Program-made: the position numbers and the translations under genes | Shown here: positions 28,293-37,991 of the stretch, piece by piece | Position numbering within the stretch: the first letter of the stretch is position 1 | Layout: every line of letters starts with the position of its first letter | Notes under the pieces: model-generated | The model's database searches: none | Told to the model about the DNA's origin: nothing | The model's input: the letters and a program-made list of their open reading frames with translations, nothing else | DNA from: a virus | Taxonomy: Duplodnaviria; Heunggongvirae; Uroviricota; Caudoviricetes | IMG/VR virus record: IMGVR_UViG_2881684137_000004 | Span: 64,001-128,000 of that record | Strand: one strand, 5' to 3' | Length of the DNA: 64,000 bases

Positions 28293-28974
28293 CGATATTC
28301 CCTCCTTCCTCATTTTCTTCAAGGTCTCTTTTATATGCAAAGTACAGTAATGTACCTGTACTAAACAGCAACACTGTGAACATCAAATTAAAAACGTATC
28401 CATTATACTTTTCGACTGAGTACAAAACAAAGGCTCCAGTCGATACCAGAAAAATTAGAATAATAATAAACAATATAAACTTTTTAGTATATTTCTTTAT
28501 TAATCCGAATGGCTCATCCAGATCAAAGGAATAACCTTCATTGGTAATTTTGAGCGTAAACACTGTAGCCACAATTATAAAGAAACAAATCAATTGAATG
28601 AGATAGCCTTTGAAAGTGAAGGCTGCAATATCACTTACTGACACGATTTGGGCAAATGTCAATATTTTAATTAATGATATTTGTATTAGTCCATAAAACA
28701 CATATGATGTTATTGATACCAATGTAGCATGAGACCACTCTCTCTCCAGACTGGCTTTCAACAACAAAGTGTAAATCAGTATCTGTAGAAATGGAGCGAT
28801 ACTGGTTAAATCGAAAATTGTCAAAATTAACGAAAAGCTAGAGAGGAGTAATGATGATAACAGAATTTTTTTCACTCTTGCTAAGTTTAGTTTTATTCTA
28901 AAAAGATATACCCCCAATAAAAAAATTGAAAAATACTCGATTATTGAGAAAAGTATAAAATATATATATTTCAT
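28273..28974 (-). CDS. Polytopic membrane protein resembling an AgrC sensor domain without a kinase domain
   Basis: ~7 hydrophobic segments over 233 aa; ends ~20 aa after the last TM; between agrB and agrD. Confidence 0.65.
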   Translation of the reverse strand: MKYIYFILFSIIEYFSIFLLGVYLFRIKLNLARVKKILLSSLLLSSFSLILTIFDLTSIAPFLQILIYTLLLKASLEREWSHATLVSITSYVFYGLIQISLIKILTFAQIVSVSDIAAFTFKGYLIQLICFFIIVATVFTLKITNEGYSFDLDEPFGLIKKYTKKFILFIIILIFLVSTGAFVLYSVEKYNGYVFNLMFTVLLFSTGTLLYFAYKRDLEENEEGGNIDEKISG

Positions 28975-28980
28975 CTTGAT

Positions 28981-29511
28981 TCACCCAATCATCTTTTTAT
29001 TAGGAATTAGTAGTGTAAGGCTTTGAGCAAAAAAAGAAATAGTTACTGCATCTGAATGAACAAATAAAAAATTAATAGTTACTAAGCTTACTGAAATGAA
29101 TTTAAACAACATATTGGACAAAGCAGGATTCCTATATTGAGAGTCTATATCTCTAGGCGCTAAAATTAATAAAATAGCTATCGATAGAATATTTAAGAGT
29201 GCTGGAATATTATTCATTAGTACTGCTGATAATACGCATATTAGCATACTTGAAACGAGGACACAACTATCAGATTCTTTCAGGTGATACCCACCAGAAA
29301 AGTATCTTAGAGTTGCAAAAGAAATAATAATAATAAGCGTATCAATTGGTCTTCCAATAATAAAACCGAATACCATACTTATTAAAACAACTGCTAACCC
29401 ATTATAAATTATCCTTAACCCATAGTCTAAAACTTCGTAACTCGCAGTTTCTTCTTCGTTTATATTTTTTATGTATTTCGCTGTTTTACTAGATATTTTT
29501 TCAATTATCAA
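28981..29511 (-). CDS. agrB: AgrB-like peptide-processing membrane protease
   Basis: LRYFSGGYHLKESDSC with catalytic His/Cys; start re-called at TTG 29511 after GAGAGGAG RBS. Confidence 0.92.
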   Translation of the reverse strand: MIIEKISSKTAKYIKNINEEETASYEVLDYGLRIIYNGLAVVLISMVFGFIIGRPIDTLIIIISFATLRYFSGGYHLKESDSCVLVSSMLICVLSAVLMNNIPALLNILSIAILLILAPRDIDSQYRNPALSNMLFKFISVSLVTINFLFVHSDAVTISFFAQSLTLLIPNKKMIG

Positions 29512-29534
29512 AACTTCCTCTCCTCTCAAAAAAT

Positions 29535-29564
29535 ATATTACCATATCTTTCAACTTGCTGTCAA
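29535..29564 (-). promoter_or_regulatory. sigA-like promoter upstream of agrB
   Basis: TTGACA-N18-TAATAT with TG extension, in the yopR-agrB gap. Confidence 0.55.
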
Positions 29565-29588
29565 TATAAAATATAAAAAACCTCAAAA

Positions 29589-30560
29589 TTAATTTGAGGT
29601 TCCATAAACTGCTTGAATTGTCCCTAGATTTAAAAATTCATCTTTGATTCGACGTTGGTTTTGGACTCCATTTTCATCGAACTTTTCAAAGACAACTTTA
29701 AATTCTTCCTCATCTAGCTTCCCTGTGACATCATATAATTGCTTTGCTGTATAAAGCATGCCACTATTTATAATATTTCTCGGGATAAAAGATTGTTCAC
29801 CTATTTCATTTGCGATTTTAGTCAGGCGCCTATAAACTATATTTTTATCGGCTTCGTAAAAATTTATTGTCTTGGTATTCGCTGACTTAACTACAAAGTC
29901 ATTTTCGACCAAATTTGCTGTGGCCGATTTAATGTCTGGAGAAGGATTACCATTCATTTTTTCATATTCAGTTTCAGCTGCCGCTTTAAAACATAGTCTG
30001 ATGCAGTTATCATCCACTGTAAGTTCTCTACTGGTCTTATTAGACCTTAAAACTAGTGTATTATCTGATTCTCTTATATCTTTCCTTTGTAGGTTGACGA
30101 CCTCCTGTAGACCGTCTCCTGACACGCCATTAAATAACAAACTTACGACAACAGCATCTTGGTAATTAACTTGATTTTTTATAATCTCATCAATTTCTTT
30201 AGCAGTCCAAAGTGTTTTAGCTTTGGATGTTACAAATTGCTCTTTCCAATCGCTATCCACCGTTAGCAAGGGGTTAACTCCCTTAATATAACCTTTAACA
30301 ATTGACCATTCTATATACTTAGATATCCAACTAATGTTAAACTTTGATACATACGAAGTTCCTGGTTTAAAGCTGTAAAAAAGTCTCTTTAATTCATCAC
30401 GGTCGAATTCTGATAAATCTTTATCTAGAACCATTTCGCTCGTATGTGACAACTTAAAGAACCTCAACACTACCATTTGAGTGCTATTTTCATACTGAGA
30501 TAAGAATTCAACTTTTCTTTCTCGATTAAAAAGCTTATCCATATTCACAACATTACTCAT
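29589..30560 (-). CDS. yopR: SPbeta YopR (MrpR/SroF)-like master repressor, tyrosine-recombinase fold
   Basis: VNYQDAVVVSLLFNGVSG, AAAETEYEKMNG, LVENDFVVK, PRNIINSGMLY match recalled YopR blocks; catalytic R/HxxR absent. Confidence 0.8.
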   Translation of the reverse strand: MSNVVNMDKLFNRERKVEFLSQYENSTQMVVLRFFKLSHTSEMVLDKDLSEFDRDELKRLFYSFKPGTSYVSKFNISWISKYIEWSIVKGYIKGVNPLLTVDSDWKEQFVTSKAKTLWTAKEIDEIIKNQVNYQDAVVVSLLFNGVSGDGLQEVVNLQRKDIRESDNTLVLRSNKTSRELTVDDNCIRLCFKAAAETEYEKMNGNPSPDIKSATANLVENDFVVKSANTKTINFYEADKNIVYRRLTKIANEIGEQSFIPRNIINSGMLYTAKQLYDVTGKLDEEEFKVVFEKFDENGVQNQRRIKDEFLNLGTIQAVYGTSN

Positions 30561-30580
30561 TCAAATTAACCCTCCATCTA

Positions 30581-31936
30581 TCAAAGTAAACCAGCAATCT
30601 TTTCTTCAGCATACTTTTTCAGATTCCGTTTCACCTGGTTACTATTTACTTTGCCTTTTCCCTCAGCGAATAAGACTTTGCTGTATTCACCATCAAACGA
30701 GTAGTCAAATGACTCAACCAATCTGATAATTTCATCCGCTGGGATGTCTTTACCATATTTATCATACAATGCTTTTGCAATTACAAGATATACAACAAAA
30801 GTGTTGTGGTAGTTCCTCAAGCTTGATTTCCTTGCTTTTATTAAAGTCTCTAAATTACTACTGAATTCATCTTTATAACTGTCAACAACGTAATCAAAGA
30901 AATAGACCAATACACTGGCGATATTAATACGATCGGCATTATTTTGTGGATCGAAAATATCTCTTATGCCTTTGGACAATACATTAAAGCTTGTCAGGTA
31001 AGAACGTTTAGAACTAACAGTTGCTTCTTTTGCAATTCTTCCTCTGAGAACCGATTTTCTTTCAATTTCAATTGCAATCTTATCTTCGAGAGTGTCATTC
31101 ATAAGGTAGTTTACAAACGACTTATCAAATTTCGACATTTTATTAATCTGTCCCAAATAGAATCTTGCATCGTCAAAACTTAAGTACTTAATCGCTACAT
31201 CAATTGAATCCTCAAGGTCAGGATCTTGTTCGAGTCTGTTAAGGATTGCAGACAGTCTGTGAAATCCGTCAATAATATACATATCTCCAGAGATGAGTGT
31301 TAGTTCACCAGCATCATATGAAATATCAGATTTGTCATCCATGATGACACAAAAAGTGATAGTATTACTTCTGAACATACCACGTTCCATTAAATTGGTG
31401 ATTTCTTTGACGGATTTAGATATTACTTTAGGCGTTGTTGTTGTATTACCTTTTTTATCAGTCTTTTCTTTAGGTTTACGTTGTAAATCAGTATTATAAA
31501 AAAGTATTTTATTCCATAGTTTCCCAACTTCTTTAAATTTTAAAGAGGTAATATAATCATGTTCAGATGATTGAACAACATAGTTTCCGAATGTATAAGG
31601 TAGCTTCACTTCTTCTTCTTTATGATTCTTTTTGTATTTATTGATGGCACCAATTTGCTTTTGGTTCCAAAAAAACTCTGGGTTTAAATTTTCACTCTTT
31701 GTTGCAATGTAAATTGCATTAACAATAACCCCTTGTTCAAGTGCTGAGTATTGTTCTAATGCTTCTAAATTAGTCAGAATTTCTTCTAGCGTACCAGGGA
31801 GTATTTTGTGCGACAATAAAGTTTCATTGATATTTTCTTGCAAATCTTTATTATTTATAATCTCATGGATCACACTGCTTGAAGATAGTTCTTCAATGAT
31901 CTTAGTGGTTGTTTCTGCTGCTGGCATCTTTATCAT
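30581..31936 (-). CDS. yopQ: SPbeta YopQ (SroE)-like DGQHR/DndB-family protein
   Basis: IIDGFHRL, QR motif, KILPGT, LPYTF; directly upstream of the yopR homolog as in SPbeta. Confidence 0.75.
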   Translation of the reverse strand: MIKMPAAETTTKIIEELSSSSVIHEIINNKDLQENINETLLSHKILPGTLEEILTNLEALEQYSALEQGVIVNAIYIATKSENLNPEFFWNQKQIGAINKYKKNHKEEEVKLPYTFGNYVVQSSEHDYITSLKFKEVGKLWNKILFYNTDLQRKPKEKTDKKGNTTTTPKVISKSVKEITNLMERGMFRSNTITFCVIMDDKSDISYDAGELTLISGDMYIIDGFHRLSAILNRLEQDPDLEDSIDVAIKYLSFDDARFYLGQINKMSKFDKSFVNYLMNDTLEDKIAIEIERKSVLRGRIAKEATVSSKRSYLTSFNVLSKGIRDIFDPQNNADRINIASVLVYFFDYVVDSYKDEFSSNLETLIKARKSSLRNYHNTFVVYLVIAKALYDKYGKDIPADEIIRLVESFDYSFDGEYSKVLFAEGKGKVNSNQVKRNLKKYAEEKIAGLL

Positions 31937-32030
31937 CTCCTCAACAAACTGTAAATATTTTTGTATATAAAAACAATTATATCACAATCATAAAAAAATA
32001 TACACAATTAACGCAATAATTACGCGTCAA

Positions 32031-32291
32031 TTATGTATATTGATCCTTTTGAACTATTTCTATGTTCACACTTTCGACGAAAACCCAGTTATTATCTGTA
32101 TTTTCATAAACATTTATTACGGCAGGAACGTTGTATGAATAGTGTGATAACTGAGTTTGCTTAATCAACTTCTTCGCTGCAAACAAAACTGTATATTTCG
32201 TTTGTGCATAGAAAGGATAAACCTTTACCCCTTTCATTTCAACTTCGCTCTTGAATTTAGATTTTTTCATCTCATTTAATCCTTTTTTCAA
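32031..32291 (-). CDS. Hypothetical protein
   Basis: ORF track. Confidence 0.5.
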   Translation of the reverse strand: MKKGLNEMKKSKFKSEVEMKGVKVYPFYAQTKYTVLFAAKKLIKQTQLSHYSYNVPAVINVYENTDNNWVFVESVNIEIVQKDQYT

Positions 32292-32306
32292 TTGAATAAT
32301 ATATAT

Positions 32307-32335
32307 ATTATAATTTAAAAAACAATTGAGGTCAA
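32307..32335 (-). promoter_or_regulatory. sigA promoter upstream of the repressor region
   Basis: TTGACC-N17-TATAAT. Confidence 0.7.
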
Positions 32336-32342
32336 GTTTTTT

Positions 32343-32678
32343 CTAAAATCTAGGTGACATATTGTAATAATAAGTTGGATCACCATTATACTTTGGGGAA
32401 TGATTATTCATTATTTCTTTCTCCAGCTCAAAAGCTCTCCAATCAGGAATTCCAGTAATAATTTCTATTAAGTAAATTTCATCGTTAAACTTGTCTTTTT
32501 TCTTCAATCTGTGATTATTTAGTCTCTTATTAACATTTCTTGTAGCTCCTACATATATAATCTCTTGTGCTTCAGATAGAAAAATATAGGTAGCCACCTC
32601 TTCGTCATCGTATAACTTACATGTCTTTGGAGAAATGAAAACAGACTCTGCAAGATAAACTTTCCTTATCGGTTTCAT
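32343..32678 (-). CDS. Stand-alone GIY-YIG nuclease
   Basis: ATYIF...IIYVGATRNVNKRLNNH...ELEKEI...PKYN. Confidence 0.75.
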   Translation of the reverse strand: MKPIRKVYLAESVFISPKTCKLYDDEEVATYIFLSEAQEIIYVGATRNVNKRLNNHRLKKKDKFNDEIYLIEIITGIPDWRAFELEKEIMNNHSPKYNGDPTYYYNMSPRF

Positions 32679-33060
32679 GGTTTTCCTCCTGTAATTAATT
32701 TATTAAATAACACAAGACAACAAGTTTTTGAATTTCCCAATATTATTTAACATAATTCATGTTCTCGAAGCAATCATTTCTTTATATGTCTTAATCGAAA
32801 GGTTTGAATGTACCATTCTATCGATAATAAGCCTACCAACATAATAATTATCATATTTGAAATTTGTTAGTGATTTTAACTCCTCAACACATTTATCCAT
32901 CTCTTCTTTAGTGTGGTCAATTGTCAAAAGGTAACATCTCCTTTTTGATTATTGTACTCATTGATTTTAACTAACATAATTTTATCACGAGCCAAAATTC
33001 ACTTCCAGTACCCACCTTGTATTAATTCATCAAGAAACGTTTTGTGTCAACTGTCTTCAC

Positions 33061-33432
33061 CTAAGTCAATTTATTTTTCAAACCATCCACTATAAAAGAT
33101 TCAGTCAAAACTTCTGGAAAATTCTCAATGGAAATAATTCTCTTTTTATTTTCTCTAAACATTTCAACAATTTCAATTATTGTTTTTGTATTGCGTGACA
33201 CTCTACTCCAGTTTTGAACATATAATTCATCAATGTCTCGTTTAATCATGTCGTCTAAGATATCTATAAAACGTTTATCTAACTGGTGAGCAGAGATGAT
33301 ATCTTCATAAACATATTCTATTTTTTTACCGTTAGACTCCAAAAAATTGCTGCATACTGATAACTGCTTATTGAGATTATGCACTGATCTTTCGGGACTT
33401 CCAACACGAATGTAAACAGCAACCATAAGCAC
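33061..33432 (-). CDS. Serine recombinase catalytic-domain-like protein, probably inactive
   Basis: AVYIRVGS (YxRVS altered), YEDIISA, WSRVSRN; no DNA-binding domain. Confidence 0.65.
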   Translation of the reverse strand: MLMVAVYIRVGSPERSVHNLNKQLSVCSNFLESNGKKIEYVYEDIISAHQLDKRFIDILDDMIKRDIDELYVQNWSRVSRNTKTIIEIVEMFRENKKRIISIENFPEVLTESFIVDGLKNKLT

Positions 33433-33461
33433 AACATCCTCTCATGAGATTTTTCAAGTAT

Positions 33462-34238
33462 TTACTCTTCCTCTGATGCAGAATCCTTCAAATTAGTTTC
33501 AATGAAATCATAATCATAATCAAGTTTACTTAACAATAGCCATATATCATCTCTATCACCAATTGATCCATCACCGTATCCATCCCCAGCACTAATTTCA
33601 ATACCGTATGATGAAATTGGGTCTAATTTATATCCATACCATTCTCTCATTTTGTGTGCGACGTCACCAGGGAAAATTGAATCATCCTCTTCACGTTCAT
33701 TATGAATCTTAATTAATGTATTTGCCAAGTCTCTCTTAAAATCATCTCTGTCTTTTCTGTGATGGCGCAATCTAATAGAAAATATTTCACTACCTGTTCT
33801 ATCAAACAATTCAAAACTTTGACTTTTGATTCGCTTCCACGCTTGTGCAGCTGCTAATTGAGCCTGTTCATCTTTATTGTGTCTTCGTCCTAAACCTACA
33901 CGTATAAGTTCTCTTGCAAATCTTTCGTCAGAATCATGCCATTCTTCCCCTGTTACGTGCAGTCTCCAGTGAACAAGTTCATGTAAAAGTATCCTTTTCA
34001 CTCCTTGAAGAGTGTAGTTTACATTGTTTTCATTGTTCATTAATACTGATTTAATATCTGAGCAATAATAACCCCCATAGTTGTCCCAATCCAAAGCTCT
34101 TTCAATTGAGATTGAGTCATTGCGAGTTGCAAGCAAAATAACAGGTATCTCACTGATGCTCCAGTGTTTCTTCACAAGCTGTTTAGCCTGTTTCTGCAAC
34201 CAATCAATTGTAATTTCAGGCATCTTTTTCTTCCTCAC
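33462..34238 (-). CDS. SprT-like metalloprotease domain protein
   Basis: LLHELVHW...WHDSDERF. Confidence 0.7.
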   Translation of the reverse strand: MRKKKMPEITIDWLQKQAKQLVKKHWSISEIPVILLATRNDSISIERALDWDNYGGYYCSDIKSVLMNNENNVNYTLQGVKRILLHELVHWRLHVTGEEWHDSDERFARELIRVGLGRRHNKDEQAQLAAAQAWKRIKSQSFELFDRTGSEIFSIRLRHHRKDRDDFKRDLANTLIKIHNEREEDDSIFPGDVAHKMREWYGYKLDPISSYGIEISAGDGYGDGSIGDRDDIWLLLSKLDYDYDFIETNLKDSASEEE

Positions 34239-34271
34239 AATTCATATGAAATTCAGGTTTTATACCCTTCA

Positions 34272-34745
34272 TCATTTTATGGGCATTCCGTTTTTCTGAA
34301 ACCAATCATAATATACCTGAAAGATCGCTTTAACAGCACCAGCAAGTATTTCAATTTCCACCTGTTCAGAAGTGTTGCCTGTTCCGACACGATCATGAAG
34401 CCATTTTAAAACAACAACTGTCAGACTAGAATCTTCATCATAATTCCTTGTTACAAATTCATTAAAATCTTCACAAACCTGTCTTAGAGTTGAGTAGTGT
34501 ACCTCTAAATGCTCAACAATTTCAGAATAATATAGTGGATAATATTCATCATCTAACTGAATAATTGCCAACATAATTGAAGATGCCATCACATGAATAA
34601 AAAGGCACTCACCTTTATCTTGGAAGTACATCGTATTTTTGTCTTCCTCCATTACTACATCGTGAACCCTGTATGAAAATAGAGTAGCAAGTGAAACAAT
34701 GCCAGAAGTTGATTCTTGATTTACCTTCTTTTTCTTCCAAAACAT
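34272..34745 (-). CDS. Hypothetical protein
   Basis: GGAGG RBS. Confidence 0.6.
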   Translation of the reverse strand: MFWKKKKVNQESTSGIVSLATLFSYRVHDVVMEEDKNTMYFQDKGECLFIHVMASSIMLAIIQLDDEYYPLYYSEIVEHLEVHYSTLRQVCEDFNEFVTRNYDEDSSLTVVVLKWLHDRVGTGNTSEQVEIEILAGAVKAIFQVYYDWFQKNGMPIK

Positions 34746-35042
34746 TTTTTACCTCCAATTAGAAATTGAATTTCATTTTTGCTTGGTAAATGATGCAACT
34801 CTTTCATTTGATGCTCGAAGCCTAAAGTTTTATTGTTTATTTATCTGAAAAATTCTCTTTTAAATAATCTAAAAACATTCAGGATTATTACAACGCTTAC
34901 AGCATCGCTTAATTAATATCTTCTCAGATCAGGAATAATTCTCTATTAGAACCTTCGTTTCTCCCGCTGAATTAATTTATCATCCTTCTTTCCAAGGCAT
35001 TCTCTTTTTCATTCACCTCACTTATTAAAAGATTTGATTTAA

Positions 35043-35810
35043 TCACCACTGTTTTAACTTGCTCGAATCAAGATTGAATGGTTTCAAGACATTCTCCAAA
35101 ATTAATTCGGCCTCCAGATTTCCTCCACAATATACAGGAGATATTGCAATTGTTATTAAGTCCCATGGATAGAGATTCACTAGTCTTTCGGTATACTCTC
35201 TTATTTCGTGCATAGGCGTTAGAACAGGATAAATAACATTATCTGCTTCATTAAAGATATCTATATCAAAATCCAAAATGACTGTCCTGCCATCTACATA
35301 CTCTTTAAAGGAATTCTCATCAAATTGATCGAAAAATAGATCTATTGTTCTAAATCTTTTGTGATTATAGCTGAAATCGGAAGGTAGTTTTGACATAATC
35401 TCAACTGCGTCGTGCTTTATTAGTTCTGCAACTGTACATACTTCAGACTGATCTCTTGAGACATAAATGACTTCTTCAATTGTCTTGCGAGCTAACGAAG
35501 GCCAAATAAAATTTGAAATCTTCATAAGATTTGACTCAGAGATTTCACAGGTCAAGTAATCATGGCCACTACACACTTCCATAATTTCTTCTATAGTCTT
35601 TGCTTCAATTACATTTCGGATCAAAACGCCATCCGGGACATCATCGAGATGCGCATCCACATGTACAAGCAAAGATTTCTCGTCGATTCTTTTCTCAATC
35701 CGAGCGATTTCCCAAGCGGCAAAAGCCCAGTTATGGTCACGCATTATCGATATTCGTTTACCTTGAGTATGAACTTTCCAAGTGACTTCATATTCCCATT
35801 CTCTTCTCAA
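35043..35810 (-). CDS. UPF0489-family (arginase/deacetylase-like fold) protein
   Basis: DHNWAF, HVDAHLD, LDFDIDIF, ITIAISP. Confidence 0.7.
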   Translation of the reverse strand: MRREWEYEVTWKVHTQGKRISIMRDHNWAFAAWEIARIEKRIDEKSLLVHVDAHLDDVPDGVLIRNVIEAKTIEEIMEVCSGHDYLTCEISESNLMKISNFIWPSLARKTIEEVIYVSRDQSEVCTVAELIKHDAVEIMSKLPSDFSYNHKRFRTIDLFFDQFDENSFKEYVDGRTVILDFDIDIFNEADNVIYPVLTPMHEIREYTERLVNLYPWDLITIAISPVYCGGNLEAELILENVLKPFNLDSSKLKQW

Positions 35811-35870
35811 TTTCTTCCTCCCTGAGAAACTAGTATTTCATCGCCTAAGAAAATAAATTATAAGAATCAG

Positions 35871-36710
35871 CTAGAATTTTTGATTAAACTTCTGAGTCTT
35901 TCCTTTTTTTATTGTGATACTGGTAACAACATGTTTATGATCGCGACACTGTTCTCTAAGCGTAAGCATACTTTCAATAAAGTCCTTCATAAAATTTATA
36001 TCACTGGTATCTTGATTAGTGCTACTATATATTGACGAAAGGATTAATAGGTAATATTCGCCCGCAGCGACATTTGAAATTTGGTAATCTCCGTTTTCAT
36101 TTGCTTTTGTCGCATATACTTCCAACCCATCCTTCCAATCGATACCATCAAATTTAATTTTCTTGGATGCATGCTTTTTAGGTATTAAAACTATCTTAGC
36201 ATTGCTATCAGGACTGTCTTTTTTAATAATCCAACCACTCTTATATGTAATGCGGCCTTTTATATTTCCCGACTCCCAAGGAATGTAGTTCCCAAAATTA
36301 ATCATTTTGTGTTTATTGGAGATATTAATTTTCAAACCTGTCATTTCTGAAAAAACTTTACTGGAAATGAGATTTTTATTGGGAAATTTTTTGCGAACAT
36401 CACTATCTATATAATGTTTTTTATTGTTGAAAGAATATGAGTTATCTTTTGGTCTGTAATTAACTTTTAATTTGTTTTTTCCGATTTCATATCGAACAAT
36501 GTCACTATTATCATTAACATATGAAGACAAATAATATAGCATTTCTTCTGGATTAAAATAAACAATATCGTTTTTTACTGCAACACTTGAAATGTTTTGC
36601 TTGTGTCCATTAAGATAAATATTGTATTTAACCTCTGCAAATGTGTTATTAATATTGAGTGAAAATAAAAATGCAATCAAAGTAATAGATACGATCAACT
36701 TTTTCACCAT
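35871..36710 (-). CDS. Secreted protein with a copper-amine-oxidase-N-like domain and C-terminal beta-sandwich
   Basis: Signal peptide ...TFAE; NIYLNG...VKNDIVY; GDYQISNVAAGEYYL. Confidence 0.55.
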   Translation of the reverse strand: MVKKLIVSITLIAFLFSLNINNTFAEVKYNIYLNGHKQNISSVAVKNDIVYFNPEEMLYYLSSYVNDNSDIVRYEIGKNKLKVNYRPKDNSYSFNNKKHYIDSDVRKKFPNKNLISSKVFSEMTGLKINISNKHKMINFGNYIPWESGNIKGRITYKSGWIIKKDSPDSNAKIVLIPKKHASKKIKFDGIDWKDGLEVYATKANENGDYQISNVAAGEYYLLILSSIYSSTNQDTSDINFMKDFIESMLTLREQCRDHKHVVTSITIKKGKTQKFNQKF

Positions 36711-36798
36711 TTAACGATTCTCCTTTTGTTTTGTTATCCCCTGTGTTAAAGATAATTCTACACTCTCCCATGAAACCAATCTTTTATACTAATCTCTT

Positions 36799-37047
36799 TT
36801 ACATCAATCTCCTACAGTTCTCACACTTCTTTGGTTTCAACTTTTCATTGGCATCAATTACATCCTCAAAATAATAGTATCCACCGTTTTTACTGCTGTT
36901 CTCAATGACCTTCTTATTGAAGTTTGCAATATCAACATCGGGACACCGTGTCACATGGATTTTGATTCCAGTGATATCTTTGACAACAAAGTATCCGTCT
37001 TTACTTCTGTACTCTTTAAATTGCTCCGCAGAGGAAATCTCAATCAT
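36799..37047 (-). CDS. Hypothetical protein
   Basis: H..C...C..C. Confidence 0.55.
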   Translation of the reverse strand: MIEISSAEQFKEYRSKDGYFVVKDITGIKIHVTRCPDVDIANFNKKVIENSSKNGGYYYFEDVIDANEKLKPKKCENCRRLM

Positions 37048-37100
37048 TAGAAGTCACCCCATTCAAACTAGTCTAAAACTTCTTAAATAATGGCCGTTTT

Positions 37101-37754
37101 TCATTCTTCAGTATTAATTAATTCAATACTAGAAACTACGGTATCCTTAATCAAAATTTCAGTATTTTTAGAATCGATCTTCATGATATAGTCGCCTTTT
37201 TTAGTAATGGTAATCAAAGATCCATATATGGTTTGTCCTGTTGTCAGAGCAAATCTGACTTTAAAATTTTTTCTCATGTATTTTTGCAATACAATTTCAG
37301 AGAGATTCTTACATGTGTAAAAAATGGAATACATAAATATAGAAATCATTGAAAGAGTAAATATAGACATAGCTATTGGTTCGCCTGATACTGTTTTAAT
37401 TAATATCAAAATTGCGTCTAAAAGAAAATAGGATAAAAATATTTGGAGCGAGATTAATGCGAACAACATGGTTAAATTGCTTATCAATTTTGAAGCAGAC
37501 TTTTGTGTGAAAATAATGGAAATAAAGAACAGTATCGATGGGAACATTAGATGTAGAATATAATGCCCGATGGTATAAAAATATACCCAATAGACATAAG
37601 AAAAAATAAAAGCTAGAGAGAAAGAAAAAAACAGATTTGTCCCCATAAATCTACTAACCTTTATTCTCGTCTGGTATTTCTCAATTTCACTAATGTTCTG
37701 CTCAACGATAACACCTGCAATAGATGCCATCCCTGCAATTTTTTTAATATCCAT
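37101..37754 (-). CDS. Membrane protein
   Basis: Four hydrophobic segments plus a small beta C-terminal domain. Confidence 0.6.
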   Translation of the reverse strand: MDIKKIAGMASIAGVIVEQNISEIEKYQTRIKVSRFMGTNLFFSFSLAFIFSYVYWVYFYTIGHYILHLMFPSILFFISIIFTQKSASKLISNLTMLFALISLQIFLSYFLLDAILILIKTVSGEPIAMSIFTLSMISIFMYSIFYTCKNLSEIVLQKYMRKNFKVRFALTTGQTIYGSLITITKKGDYIMKIDSKNTEILIKDTVVSSIELINTEE

Positions 37755-37991
37755 CTAATCCCCCTTAAAACCAATCTTCTGCTAACTTAATTCCCTAATT
37801 TCTTTCATCGTTAATTCTTTCTCTTGATTTAATTTGTTAAAATCGATTTTATAATATACAAGTGCTTCATCAAGCTCTAATCTTGCTTGAGCAAATGCAC
37901 TATCGCTTGTCCTCGCGACACATGTAGATACAATATAATAATCATGCAACCACTCTAAAAGTAACTAACTACTTGAAATTGAGGTTTTAGC

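Noticed and set aside
28981-29586. ORF-track start for AgrB at 29586
   Set aside because: The extension spans a promoter-like region; TTG 29511 has the RBS and gives a typical AgrB N-terminus
29589-30560. Active phage integrase
   Set aside because: Catalytic R and HxxR are replaced (GVSG, PRNIINSG); it matches the YopR/MrpR repressor better
30581-31936. Dnd phosphorothioation system
   Set aside because: Only a DGQHR/DndB-like protein; no dndA/C/D/E, and synteny indicates YopQ
32000-35000. Arbitrium aimR-aimP upstream of the repressor genes
   Set aside because: No ~380-aa TPR/HTH ORF or secreted propeptide recognised; it could still lie outside the window
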